Shown here: one piece after another, positions 23,888-31,608 of the stretch
Numbering within the stretch: position 1 is the first letter of the stretch
How the letters are laid out: every line of letters begins with the position of its first letter
Assembly (NCBI RefSeq): GCF_001945605.1
Contig: NZ_MPKA01000047.1
Span: 1 to 32,000, forward strand
Direction: 5' to 3'
Source of the DNA: Dubosiella newyorkensis
Lineage (GTDB): Bacteria; Bacillota_I; Bacilli_A; Erysipelotrichales; Erysipelotrichaceae
DNA: 32,000 nucleotides
The notes under the pieces: generated by a model
Seen by the model: only the letters and a program-made list of their open reading frames with translations
What the model was told of the DNA's origin: nothing
Database searches by the model: none
Translations under genes and position numbers: made by a program

Positions 23888-25313
23888 TTCCCTCTCCTTT
23901 TTCCTCTTCTTCTCTTTCGATCGTATAATGGTCCATCGTTCGAACTTGGAGTTCCATGGACCGATCTATAGCGATCGAATTCATTTTCATACTATCATAG
24001 ATTCTTGTCGTTAGCGCATATTCTCCGTTATTTATAAAGATTTCCAGGCTTGATGTATCACTAAATAGATCAATCGTATGAATTTGTTTTATTTCGATAT
24101 GACGTTGATCTCGGCCATAACCAGAATCTCCTAAGGAAAAGGTAAGCAATCCATCTTGATACTGTAGGCAAGCGTCTTCCCTAAGATCGATACGGAATGA
24201 ATCAGCGTCGATCGCAAACGTTGCATGAAAACAAGGTGTTTTCACATCATACAACTCGTTCGCTTTTAACGTTCCTTGATACAGATCCTTTTGTAAGGAA
24301 AGGACTTCTTCGATCGGAAATTGATACAAGCGATCTTGTTCGAACCATAATTTTCTTGGCAAAGTCAATGCGTGCTGCCATCCCTTTTCAACGGTAGGAT
24401 TGGTATAGTCGACATCGGGCAAGCCCATCCAGCCGATCAAAATCCTTCTGCCTTTCGCGTCTTGATACGTTTGTGGCGCGTAAAAATCAAAACCATGATC
24501 CAATTCTGTAAATTCGGAGAGTGTCATTTGATCTTCTAGCTCACCCTGAACGAGAAAGTAGCCATTTTGATACAAATTTTCGTAGCGATAGCCTTCTTGT
24601 TCCACACCTTGCGGGCATGTGAGCAGCACTTTTTTTCCATCCAATTCAAAGAGGTCGGGGCATTCCCACATATAGCCAAACGGTTCGTCTTTTTCTAAAC
24701 GGGCATGGAATGTCCAATCGTTCAAATTTAAAGAGCGATACACTAAGATCAATCCTCGATCTTCTCGCGTTCGAGCGCCAAGCACCATATAATACGTTCC
24801 ATTTTCTTCATAGATTTTCGGATCTCGAACATGACAACTCATATCTTGTGGATAGTCTTCGTTTTTCATGACATTTCGCTTTTCAGAAAATGTGATTCCA
24901 TCTTGTGAAGTAAAGGTGTTCACATAGTGGCCGCGCCCTTGATAAATATAATCGTGATCTCCTTCAAATTTGATATTTCCTGTATAAAAGAAGTGGATCG
25001 TATCCTCTTTGATCATTGCGCTTCCAGAATAGACGCCATCGCGATCTAGCGCTGTATCTGGCACGAGATCGATCGGATGTGAAACAAAAGTTTTCCAGTC
25101 TTTTGTTGAATAGTGACCCCATCCTTTTTGTCCTCCTTTTGGCTCAAGCGGAGAATATTGATAAAAGATATGGGTGATCCCGTCTTTTTCACAAAGACCA
25201 TTCGGATCGTTGAGCCATCCAACTGGCGGCATTAAATGATACGAAAGCCGCCATGGATCGCTGGCAGCTTCATGCATCTGCGCTCGTTCATATTGATTCC
25301 AAAAATTTTTCAT
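23856..25313 (-). CDS. scrB: Sucrose-6-phosphate hydrolase (GH32)
   Basis: WLNDPNGL, FYQYSP, RDPKI and WECPDLF (the GH32 catalytic motifs). Confidence 0.9.
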   Translation of the reverse strand: MKNFWNQYERAQMHEAASDPWRLSYHLMPPVGWLNDPNGLCEKDGITHIFYQYSPLEPKGGQKGWGHYSTKDWKTFVSHPIDLVPDTALDRDGVYSGSAMIKEDTIHFFYTGNIKFEGDHDYIYQGRGHYVNTFTSQDGITFSEKRNVMKNEDYPQDMSCHVRDPKIYEENGTYYMVLGARTREDRGLILVYRSLNLNDWTFHARLEKDEPFGYMWECPDLFELDGKKVLLTCPQGVEQEGYRYENLYQNGYFLVQGELEDQMTLSEFTELDHGFDFYAPQTYQDAKGRRILIGWMGLPDVDYTNPTVEKGWQHALTLPRKLWFEQDRLYQFPIEEVLSLQKDLYQGTLKANELYDVKTPCFHATFAIDADSFRIDLREDACLQYQDGLLTFSLGDSGYGRDQRHIEIKQIHTIDLFSDTSSLEIFINNGEYALTTRIYDSMKMNSIAIDRSMELQVRTMDHYTIEREEEEKGEGNENERRNSTW

Positions 25314-25325
25314 TGTCTTCCTTCC

Positions 25326-27293
25326 TTAAGCGAGTTTGAGCATTTCTTGTCTTGAGCTCACCGTTTCTTCATGGAGCGCTTCGAATTCTTTTCCGTTCGT
25401 GATAAGCACTGGCGTTTCTATGGATAGACCAGCATCTTTGATCATCTGCAGATCGATCTGCATCAAAACTTGTCCAGCGCGCACTTCGTCTCCATCTTTG
25501 ACACAAACTTCAAATGGCTTTCCTTCTAGACTTACGGTATCCAAGCCTACATGGATCAAGATCTCTTCTCCATTTTCTCCTTGTAGACCAATGGCGTGTT
25601 TGGTCGGGAACACCATCATGACTTTTCCGTTGACTGGAGATAGAAGCGTGCCCTCTTCGGGTATGATCACGACGCCATCACCCATCGCTTTCGAAGCGAA
25701 CATCGCATCCGAACATGCGCTGATCGGACGAACCGAACCGCTCATTGGAGCGTATAAAACGTTAGGTTGCGCATCCAAAAGCGTGATTTCATCGTGGGCT
25801 TTTACTTTCTTGGATGGTTCTAATTCTTCTTGCGCGAATTTTTTCATCAAGATCACGGTCATAATCGCGCTCGTAAGAATGGAAATTCCTAAGCCGATCG
25901 CAAAATTCAGCCAACTTTGTGGCGCGATCGAAATGATGCCTGGCAAACCAGCCGCACCCATCGCCAAAGCGAGTGTTTTTGTTCCCGCGATCCAGGCTGA
26001 ACCAGCTGCTGAACCGATGATCGCCGCGTAGAATGGATATTTCAGTTTCAAAGTCACACCAAACATAGCTGGTTCTGTAATTCCAAGGAGCGCTGAAATA
26101 CCCGAAGCGGTGCATAAAGATTTTAATTTTTCGTTTTTAGTCAAGAAGAGCACGGTAAGTACCGCAGCTCCTTGAGCGACATTGTTCATCGAGGCGATCG
26201 GGAAGATAAAAGAGCCGCCCGTCGTTTCGGATGCCGCGATCAGTTGCGTTTCGATCGCCGAGAAGGAGTGATGCATTCCGGTAATGGTGATTGGCGCGTA
26301 CAACAATCCAAAGATCGCTCCGCCTAAGAAGCCTAGCGTCGAGTAGAGCCATGACAATCCAAAGGCCAGCAAATCGCCCGCTTCTCTAAGAAGTGGTCCT
26401 ACAAACAAGAATGTAAGAGCGGCCGTGATCAATACGGAAAGAAGCGGAGTCGACAAGTTGTCGAGCCAGCTAGGCGTCACTTTGTGGAGTCGTTTTTCAA
26501 TATTGGCTAAGATCCACGAAACCGCAAGAACGGGCAGCACAGTTCCTTGATAACCGATCGCTTCTACGCTTAAGCCAAACCAATTCCAGGTCGGAATCGT
26601 TTCTGCTGAAGCGAGCGAATACGCGTTGAGCAGATCAGGATGGACCATGATCATTCCCATGGCCGCCCCTAGATACGGGTTGCCGCCAAACTTTTTCGTC
26701 GCTGAAAACCCGATCAGCACAGGCAAGAACGTGAACGGAGCAGCCGCACACATGTTGATGAAGGTGGCGATGCCTGCCATCGCCGGGAACAAGTCGATGA
26801 TCGATTTTCCTTCAACAAACAAACCTTGGGCGGTCAATACGTTGTTGAGTCCCATCAACAAACCGCCAGCGACGATCGCTGGAATGATCGGAACAAAAAT
26901 ATCCGAAAGCACTTTGACGGTCCGCATGAGCGGATTGCCTTTTTTCTCTTCCGCTTCTTCCACTTTCGTTTCAGAGGCTCCTAATCCGGTTTGGTTCAAG
27001 ACTTCCGCCGTGACAAGATTCACGGTTCCGGAACCAAAGATGACTTGATATTGATCATTCGCCAAAAATACCCCTTTGACTTGGTCGACGTCGCTGAGCT
27101 CGTCTTCGTTGACTAGATCGTAGTTTTTGAGTTTCATCCTAAGTCGAGTCGCGCAATGCATAGCTGAAACGATGTTTTCTTTGCCACCAACATATTGAAT
27201 GACTTGTGAAGCGATTTTGATGTTTCCATACCTTTCTTTCTCCTCTTTCTTTTTTTTGGTACCCTTATGGTCTTTATATGGAACCGATTTCAT
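25326..27293 (-). CDS. scrA: PTS sucrose-specific EIIBCA component
   Basis: EIIB motif VSAMHCATRLR, a multi-TM EIIC, and a C-terminal EIIA-Glc domain (FPTKHAIG, IHVGLDTV). The start is uncertain. I list the in-frame ATG at 27291-27293, which sits 6 nt below the predicted -10. See the findings for the alternative. Confidence 0.85.
   Translation of the reverse strand: MKSVPYKDHKGTKKKKEEKERYGNIKIASQVIQYVGGKENIVSAMHCATRLRMKLKNYDLVNEDELSDVDQVKGVFLANDQYQVIFGSGTVNLVTAEVLNQTGLGASETKVEEAEEKKGNPLMRTVKVLSDIFVPIIPAIVAGGLLMGLNNVLTAQGLFVEGKSIIDLFPAMAGIATFINMCAAAPFTFLPVLIGFSATKKFGGNPYLGAAMGMIMVHPDLLNAYSLASAETIPTWNWFGLSVEAIGYQGTVLPVLAVSWILANIEKRLHKVTPSWLDNLSTPLLSVLITAALTFLFVGPLLREAGDLLAFGLSWLYSTLGFLGGAIFGLLYAPITITGMHHSFSAIETQLIAASETTGGSFIFPIASMNNVAQGAAVLTVLFLTKNEKLKSLCTASGISALLGITEPAMFGVTLKLKYPFYAAIIGSAAGSAWIAGTKTLALAMGAAGLPGIISIAPQSWLNFAIGLGISILTSAIMTVILMKKFAQEELEPSKKVKAHDEITLLDAQPNVLYAPMSGSVRPISACSDAMFASKAMGDGVVIIPEEGTLLSPVNGKVMMVFPTKHAIGLQGENGEEILIHVGLDTVSLEGKPFEVCVKDGDEVRAGQVLMQIDLQMIKDAGLSIETPVLITNGKEFEALHEETVSSRQEMLKLA
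27278..27292. promoter_or_regulatory. cre-like / LacI-family operator at the scrA transcription start
   Basis: ATGGAACCGATTTCA matches WTGNAANCGNWNNCW at every constrained position. Confidence 0.5.
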
Positions 27294-27299
27294 ATCTAT

Positions 27300-27328
27300 A
27301 TGATAGTTTTGTTCCATATATTTGTCAA
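27300..27328 (-). promoter_or_regulatory. scrA promoter
   Basis: The minus strand reads TTGACA (27323-27328), a 17-nt spacer, then TATCAT (27300-27305). Confidence 0.6.
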
Positions 27329-27373
27329 TCATTTTTTTGTAAACGATTTCTAAGCAAAAAAGATCGATTAAAC

Positions 27374-27388
27374 ATGGAACAATCCCAT
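27374..27388. promoter_or_regulatory. Degenerate copy of the scr palindrome
   Basis: ATGGAAC-A-ATCCCAT. The right arm has 2 mismatches to the perfect palindrome 18 nt downstream. Confidence 0.35.
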
Positions 27389-27405
27389 ATTTATTCACAA
27401 ATTTT

Positions 27406-27420
27406 ATGGAACAGTTCCAT
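27406..27420. promoter_or_regulatory. Perfect 15-bp palindrome, probable ScrR operator
   Basis: ATGGAAC-A-GTTCCAT lies between the divergent scrA and scrR promoters, 8 nt upstream of the scrR -35. Confidence 0.6.
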
Positions 27421-27427
27421 ATTTTAC

Positions 27428-27456
27428 TTGAAACTAGTATCGATCAATTCTATAAT
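27428..27456 (+). promoter_or_regulatory. scrR promoter
   Basis: TTGAAA (27428-27433), 17-nt spacer, TATAAT (27451-27456). The ATG lies 6 nt downstream. Confidence 0.6.
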
Positions 27457-27462
27457 GTAAGC

Positions 27463-28485
27463 ATGAATCAGAAACGTATCACAATGAAGGAAATCGCCAT
27501 AGAGGCGGGTGTGGCGAAAAGCACAGTCTCCCGCTATTTCAATGGTGGATATGTGAAAGAAGAGACTAGAGAAAAGATCCGGAAAGTCATTGAAGCGCAT
27601 CATTACGAGCCTAGCGCGGCCGCTTCGAATTTAAAGGCGAAAGAAACGAAAACGATCGGCGTGATCGCTCCAACGATCGACTCCAACACTTCTTCCCGGT
27701 TGCTGACGAGCATGAACGCCTACTTAAAAGAAAAAGGCTACACGGTCATCTTGATCGATACCAATCATGATATAAACGACGAGATCCGATCGATCCAATA
27801 TTTTGAAAGTCTTCGCGTGGATGGGATCATTCTCGTAGCGACCAACATCAACTTGATCCATCAAAAACTCGTCCATGAATCGCAGATCCCGATCTTGATC
27901 GTGGCTCAGCATTTTAAAAACGGGTTTTCGATCATCTACGATGATTATCGAGCTGGCTATACAGCTGGCGAATATGCGGCAAAAATGGGCCATGAAAACA
28001 TTTTGTATCTCGGTGTCAACCGGGTGGATGAGGCGGTCGGCGTTCAAAGACGAAAAGGAGTGATCGAAGCGCTTGAAGAACATCAAGTGCCCCGCATCCA
28101 TACGCGAGAGACGGATTTCTCGTTTTCAAAAGCGCGCAAAGTGATCCGCCATTATTTAAAAGATCACCATCCGACTATGATCATTGCGGCCACAGACAAT
28201 CTAGCGCTCGCTTGTTATAAGGAGATCACAGAAAAAGGCTTGAAGGTGCCCGAAGATATTTCTTTGATCGGTTTTGGAGGCTACGAGGTCAGCGAACTGC
28301 TCACGCCTTCCTTATGTACGATCCGCTTTGATTACAAGCTGGCTGGCCAAATGGCTGGTTCTACGATCTTGTCGCTGATCAAAAAAGAGCCGGTCGCCAC
28401 GACACAAGTAATCGGATTTGAATTGATCCATGGCCAAAGCGTGAAAAATCGACGAAAAAAAAGCCTCTCTTCAACGACAAGTTGA
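27463..28485 (+). CDS. scrR: LacI-family transcriptional repressor of the sucrose operon
   Basis: N-terminal HTH ITMKEIAIEAGVAKSTVSRYFNG followed by a periplasmic-binding-protein-like sugar-binding fold. It is divergent from scrA. Confidence 0.85.
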   Translation: MNQKRITMKEIAIEAGVAKSTVSRYFNGGYVKEETREKIRKVIEAHHYEPSAAASNLKAKETKTIGVIAPTIDSNTSSRLLTSMNAYLKEKGYTVILIDTNHDINDEIRSIQYFESLRVDGIILVATNINLIHQKLVHESQIPILIVAQHFKNGFSIIYDDYRAGYTAGEYAAKMGHENILYLGVNRVDEAVGVQRRKGVIEALEEHQVPRIHTRETDFSFSKARKVIRHYLKDHHPTMIIAATDNLALACYKEITEKGLKVPEDISLIGFGGYEVSELLTPSLCTIRFDYKLAGQMAGSTILSLIKKEPVATTQVIGFELIHGQSVKNRRKKSLSSTTS

Positions 28486-28512
28486 TCGAGAGGTTTTTAT
28501 ATTGTAGCTTTA

Positions 28513-28964
28513 TTATTTCAATTGGGCATTCGCCGCAAAAGCGTGACCGACAACTCGTCCAACGATCCGATATACCTTGTGGATCGGATCAAAAGAAAGA
28601 AGTTCCATTTTTTCAATATCGATTCCATTTTCGTCGATATACGCTTCGTCAACATTGATCTTTTCGATTTTGCCAATGATATTGCCTTCCTCGCTTTGCT
28701 TGATCAAAGAACATTCTAGGCAGAGGGGAAGCTCTTGAATAATCGGCGCGTTGACGATTTCGCTTTTTTGGAGCGTGAAGCCTGCTTTTTCGATTTTATC
28801 CGGAACATCGTTTCCGACACGATTCCTACATAGTCGCAAGCATCCAAGTATTTTTTCGTTCCAAAGCTGATCGTGAACGCTTTTTGGGCCAAAATGTTTT
28901 TTGTCATCTTATGACTTGCGCACAAGCACAATTCAACTTGATCGGCATCATACAGTCCGCCCAT
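28513..28964 (-). pseudogene. Flavin reductase-like (FMN-binding split-barrel) gene remnant, frameshifted and lacking its N-terminus
   Basis: ORF 28716..28964 (GGLYDADQVELCLCASHKMTKNILAQKAFTISF...CDYVGIVS) and ORF 28513..28839 (GNDVPDKIEKAGFTLQKSEIVNAPIIQELPLCLEC...FDPIHKVY...GHAF) are consecutive parts of one flavin-reductase-family protein in different frames. The junction is at CC 28814-28815. Confidence 0.65.
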
Positions 28965-29737
28965 TCGATATTGTCGCCCACATTCACCTCCTTCTCAAAT
29001 GCACGCTGAACATGAGCTTTCAGCTTTTCGTTCACGTCTTCATAGGAAATTTTCATCACGTCGTTTTGTCTCGTTGTACGACTCTGTTCTCCATAAATCC
29101 ATTCGAGCTCATAGTTTTCATCGATTTCGACAAGATATCCCTCTTGATCAAAGTGAAATGTGTATTCGCATACTTTCATATTCAGATCCGTCAATCCAGT
29201 CAACTCCCGTTGGGCTTCCACAAGGAAGCGCGCATTGAAACCATCCCGTTCTGAAACCTTAAGAACGGCGTGGATCGTATCGTTTTTCAAACTCCATTCA
29301 AACTCCGGCTTCAAGCCAATACTACGACCCCGATCGTCCAGCTTCATTGGAAAGCGGATCGCATGATACAATTTCGACAAATATCCATAATAACGCTCGC
29401 CTTTTTCGATCGATTGCACTTCCAATACATTGATTCCAATATAGCAGAACAGCTCTTCAAATCTCTGACCATCAAAACGGATCAATTCCATTCGCTTGTC
29501 AAAGCCAAACTCATCCAAAATATAAATCGTATCTTCATCTTTCCAATTCATTATGCATTCTTCATTGGCAGGTTCTTCCATAACTGTCTTTTGGATCGTA
29601 TACGAAGTAGTGTCTTTCGCTTTTGCAAATCCCATCATCATCCGATCCGAAATTTGAGCCGTTGTATCGGTTTTCGAGCACGACGAAAGCAGTACGGAAA
29701 AAATCGAACCCACAATAAACATTGTTTTCATTTTCAT
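28904..29737 (-). CDS. Lipoprotein of unknown function, third gene of the ECF sigma operon
   Basis: The start is at ATG 29735-29737, overlapping the anti-sigma TGA (ATGA). Signal peptide MKMKTMFIVGSIFSVLLSSC with a lipobox. Confidence 0.65.
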   Translation of the reverse strand: MKMKTMFIVGSIFSVLLSSCSKTDTTAQISDRMMMGFAKAKDTTSYTIQKTVMEEPANEECIMNWKDEDTIYILDEFGFDKRMELIRFDGQRFEELFCYIGINVLEVQSIEKGERYYGYLSKLYHAIRFPMKLDDRGRSIGLKPEFEWSLKNDTIHAVLKVSERDGFNARFLVEAQRELTGLTDLNMKVCEYTFHFDQEGYLVEIDENYELEWIYGEQSRTTRQNDVMKISYEDVNEKLKAHVQRAFEKEVNVGDNIEWADCMMPIKLNCACAQVIR

Positions 29738-30948
29738 TCTCGTTTCTCCAATCTCCAATTATTCTCTATTTTTTGCAGCCTATATCGTAAATCACTATTG
29801 AATGGCACCTCTTGAGTAGACTCTCCATCGATCTTAAACTGGATCGTATATCGTCCTTTCTGAAGATAAACCCGCCAAACGAAACTACCATCCTCATTCA
29901 CCCAATCTTTTACGTATCCGCTAAATTCTTCGACTGGTTCTCCATTTTCACGAACAACAAACGAGACGATCTGATCCTTGTCTAACCTTACTGGCTGGAT
30001 CTGAACATCAAAAGTATACTGGTTCCATATTTCTTCTGACTGTTCGAGCCTCTCGACGTTTTGAGTAAAAGCGGACAGAGAGCCATACCCTTCTTTTATT
30101 TCAGTTTTTAAAAGAGCGTCCAGACTTTCAACACTCACCGTTTCCTTCTTTCCTTGCGATTTCCATGTGACGGAAGAAGCATTCTCGATCAAAGAAAGGA
30201 TCAACAGCGATTCCCGATTCACATACACGTCGGCAAGAGGACGCGCTGTCTCTATGATCAGTCTCGTGCCATCGAGCTCGAAGGTATAGCTTCCAACAAG
30301 ACTTGATACATTCATTTTTTTCAGTAGATGGGAGACTTGAGAAGCATTGCCAATGTATTCTACTTTATACGCATGCAGAAGCCCTAATTCATCGGGGATC
30401 TTCGTTCCATCTTCCCATACGATTTGTCCAGCGACTTCGACATTTTCGATCAATTGATCTGTCGTGTACATAAACGTTTTTCTTTCATCGTTTCCTGGCA
30501 CGGTAAACACGATCGCTTGAACATGGCTTCCATTCTCTTTCCACTCGACGCGGGATACTTTCCGCCCTTGATCGAGACATTCTACTTCCAAACTCACTTG
30601 ATAAGGAGCTACCGTCGTGTTTATATTGAGCAAAGCCGCAGGTGTTTGCCTGCCGATCCAAAACGTAGATATCGTCAAGAAGCTCACGACGATCACAAGA
30701 ACGATACATACGCTCAGCCAAATATGGCGACGGCTACGCTTCCTCACCAGTTTCAAATAATCGAACTCGATCTTTTCATCTTGATCTAAAATGGATGGGC
30801 TCTCTTTCATTCGTTCTAAAGCTTTTTGGCACGAAGAGCATTGGAACAAATGTTCTTCAATGATCTTGTTCGTTTCCGGACTTGTCAATCCATCGATATA
30901 ATCGGGAAGCAGATCCTTGACTAGTATATGTAGCTTATTCTCTTCCAT
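29734..30948 (-). CDS. Anti-sigma factor: zf-HC2 N-domain, one TM helix, large extracytoplasmic domain (DUF4825-like segment)
   Basis: HLFQCSSCQKAL (H-x3-C-x2-C), TM helix IWLSVCIVLVIVVSFLTISTFWI, and an extracellular YKVEYIGNASQVSHLLKKM... segment. It overlaps the sigma gene by 14 nt. Confidence 0.75.
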   Translation of the reverse strand: MEENKLHILVKDLLPDYIDGLTSPETNKIIEEHLFQCSSCQKALERMKESPSILDQDEKIEFDYLKLVRKRSRRHIWLSVCIVLVIVVSFLTISTFWIGRQTPAALLNINTTVAPYQVSLEVECLDQGRKVSRVEWKENGSHVQAIVFTVPGNDERKTFMYTTDQLIENVEVAGQIVWEDGTKIPDELGLLHAYKVEYIGNASQVSHLLKKMNVSSLVGSYTFELDGTRLIIETARPLADVYVNRESLLILSLIENASSVTWKSQGKKETVSVESLDALLKTEIKEGYGSLSAFTQNVERLEQSEEIWNQYTFDVQIQPVRLDKDQIVSFVVRENGEPVEEFSGYVKDWVNEDGSFVWRVYLQKGRYTIQFKIDGESTQEVPFNSDLRYRLQKIENNWRLEKRE

Positions 30949-31396
30949 TCTCTTCCATCTCCTTTCTCAACTTCTCTCTTGCCCGATAATAAGTGACGCG
31001 AGCCGTGTTCTCGCTGATTCCTAGTACCTCGCCGATCTGCCGAAAACTCAAATTCCCATATACTCGAAGATACATGATCTCTCGAGAAACACTTGACAAT
31101 ATTTGCATTTTTCTAAGTAAATCTACACGAGAGTTTGGATCGCTGATCGAGCCCGCCATAAACGATTCATCAAATGGAACATGTTCTGGATTCTTTCTTC
31201 GATATTTCGCATACTGGTTTCGAGCAATCGCGCAAAGCCAAGTCGACAATTTAGATTCGCCTTTGTATGTATGAAGCGAGTGGACCGCTTGATAAAAAGT
31301 TTCCTGCATCACTTCTTCCGCCACATCTTCACAGGCTCCTAAAGAAAGAAGATAACGATAGACGAAGCGCGCATATTTTTGATAGATCTCGTCCAT
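30935..31396 (-). CDS. ECF-type RNA polymerase sigma-70 family factor
   Basis: 153 aa. Region 2 (DVAEEVMQETFYQA...LSTWLCAIARNQ) and region 4 HTH (LSFRQIGEVLGISENTARVTYYRAREKL). GGAGGAGG RBS. Confidence 0.85.
   Translation of the reverse strand: MDEIYQKYARFVYRYLLSLGACEDVAEEVMQETFYQAVHSLHTYKGESKLSTWLCAIARNQYAKYRRKNPEHVPFDESFMAGSISDPNSRVDLLRKMQILSSVSREIMYLRVYGNLSFRQIGEVLGISENTARVTYYRAREKLRKEMEENGRE
30937..30958. repeat. 10-bp tandem direct repeat (2.2 copies) at the sigma/anti-sigma junction
   Basis: The plus strand reads ATTCTCTTCC ATTCTCTTCC AT. On the coding strand this is AT GGAAGAGAAT GGAAGAGAAT. Confidence 0.9.
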
Positions 31397-31551
31397 ATCT
31401 TCCTCCTCCTTTGTCTATATGTGTCTAATACGAGCCGATTCGTTACATCTTTTTTATTTTTTTCAAACTCCATTGAAACGATTGTTTTCTAATATAATGA
31501 TATCATGCCTAGAAAGAAGGTAAAAACATAGTCGCGGATTTAAATTTTTAT

Positions 31552-31597
31552 AAAAAAAGCTCTTCATCCACACCTTTGAGATGCTTTTGAAGAGCTT
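31552..31597 (-). terminator. Terminator after the GNAT/Eis-like gene
   Basis: Minus strand: AAGCUCUUCA...(21-nt loop)...UGAAGAGCUU followed by U7. Confidence 0.5.
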
Positions 31598-31608
31598 AGT
31601 TGTGGGTA

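Noticed and set aside
25336-27048. Long plus-strand ORFs 25336..26031 (231 aa) and 26626..27048 (140 aa).
   Set aside because: They are antisense to scrA, whose EIIB/EIIC/EIIA motifs are unambiguous. The translations are Ser/Pro/Ala-rich with no motifs.
28904-29060. Idea that the flavin reductase really starts at MKISYEDV... inside the lipoprotein ORF, making the 284-aa ORF a chimera of two genes.
   Set aside because: There is no RBS before that ATG. The segment KAHVQRAFEKEVNVGD lacks the hydrophobic beta-strand expected at a flavin-reductase N-terminus. Alternative frames upstream look non-coding. I kept it as a caveat only.
31443-31448. TGTAAC (minus strand) upstream of the ECF sigma gene as an ECF-type -35 element.
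   Set aside because: No CGTC/CGAC-type -10 lies at the required 16-17 nt spacing; the sequence there is GACAC. A sigma-A-like TTTACC-16-TATCAT with a TG extension further upstream is at least as good.
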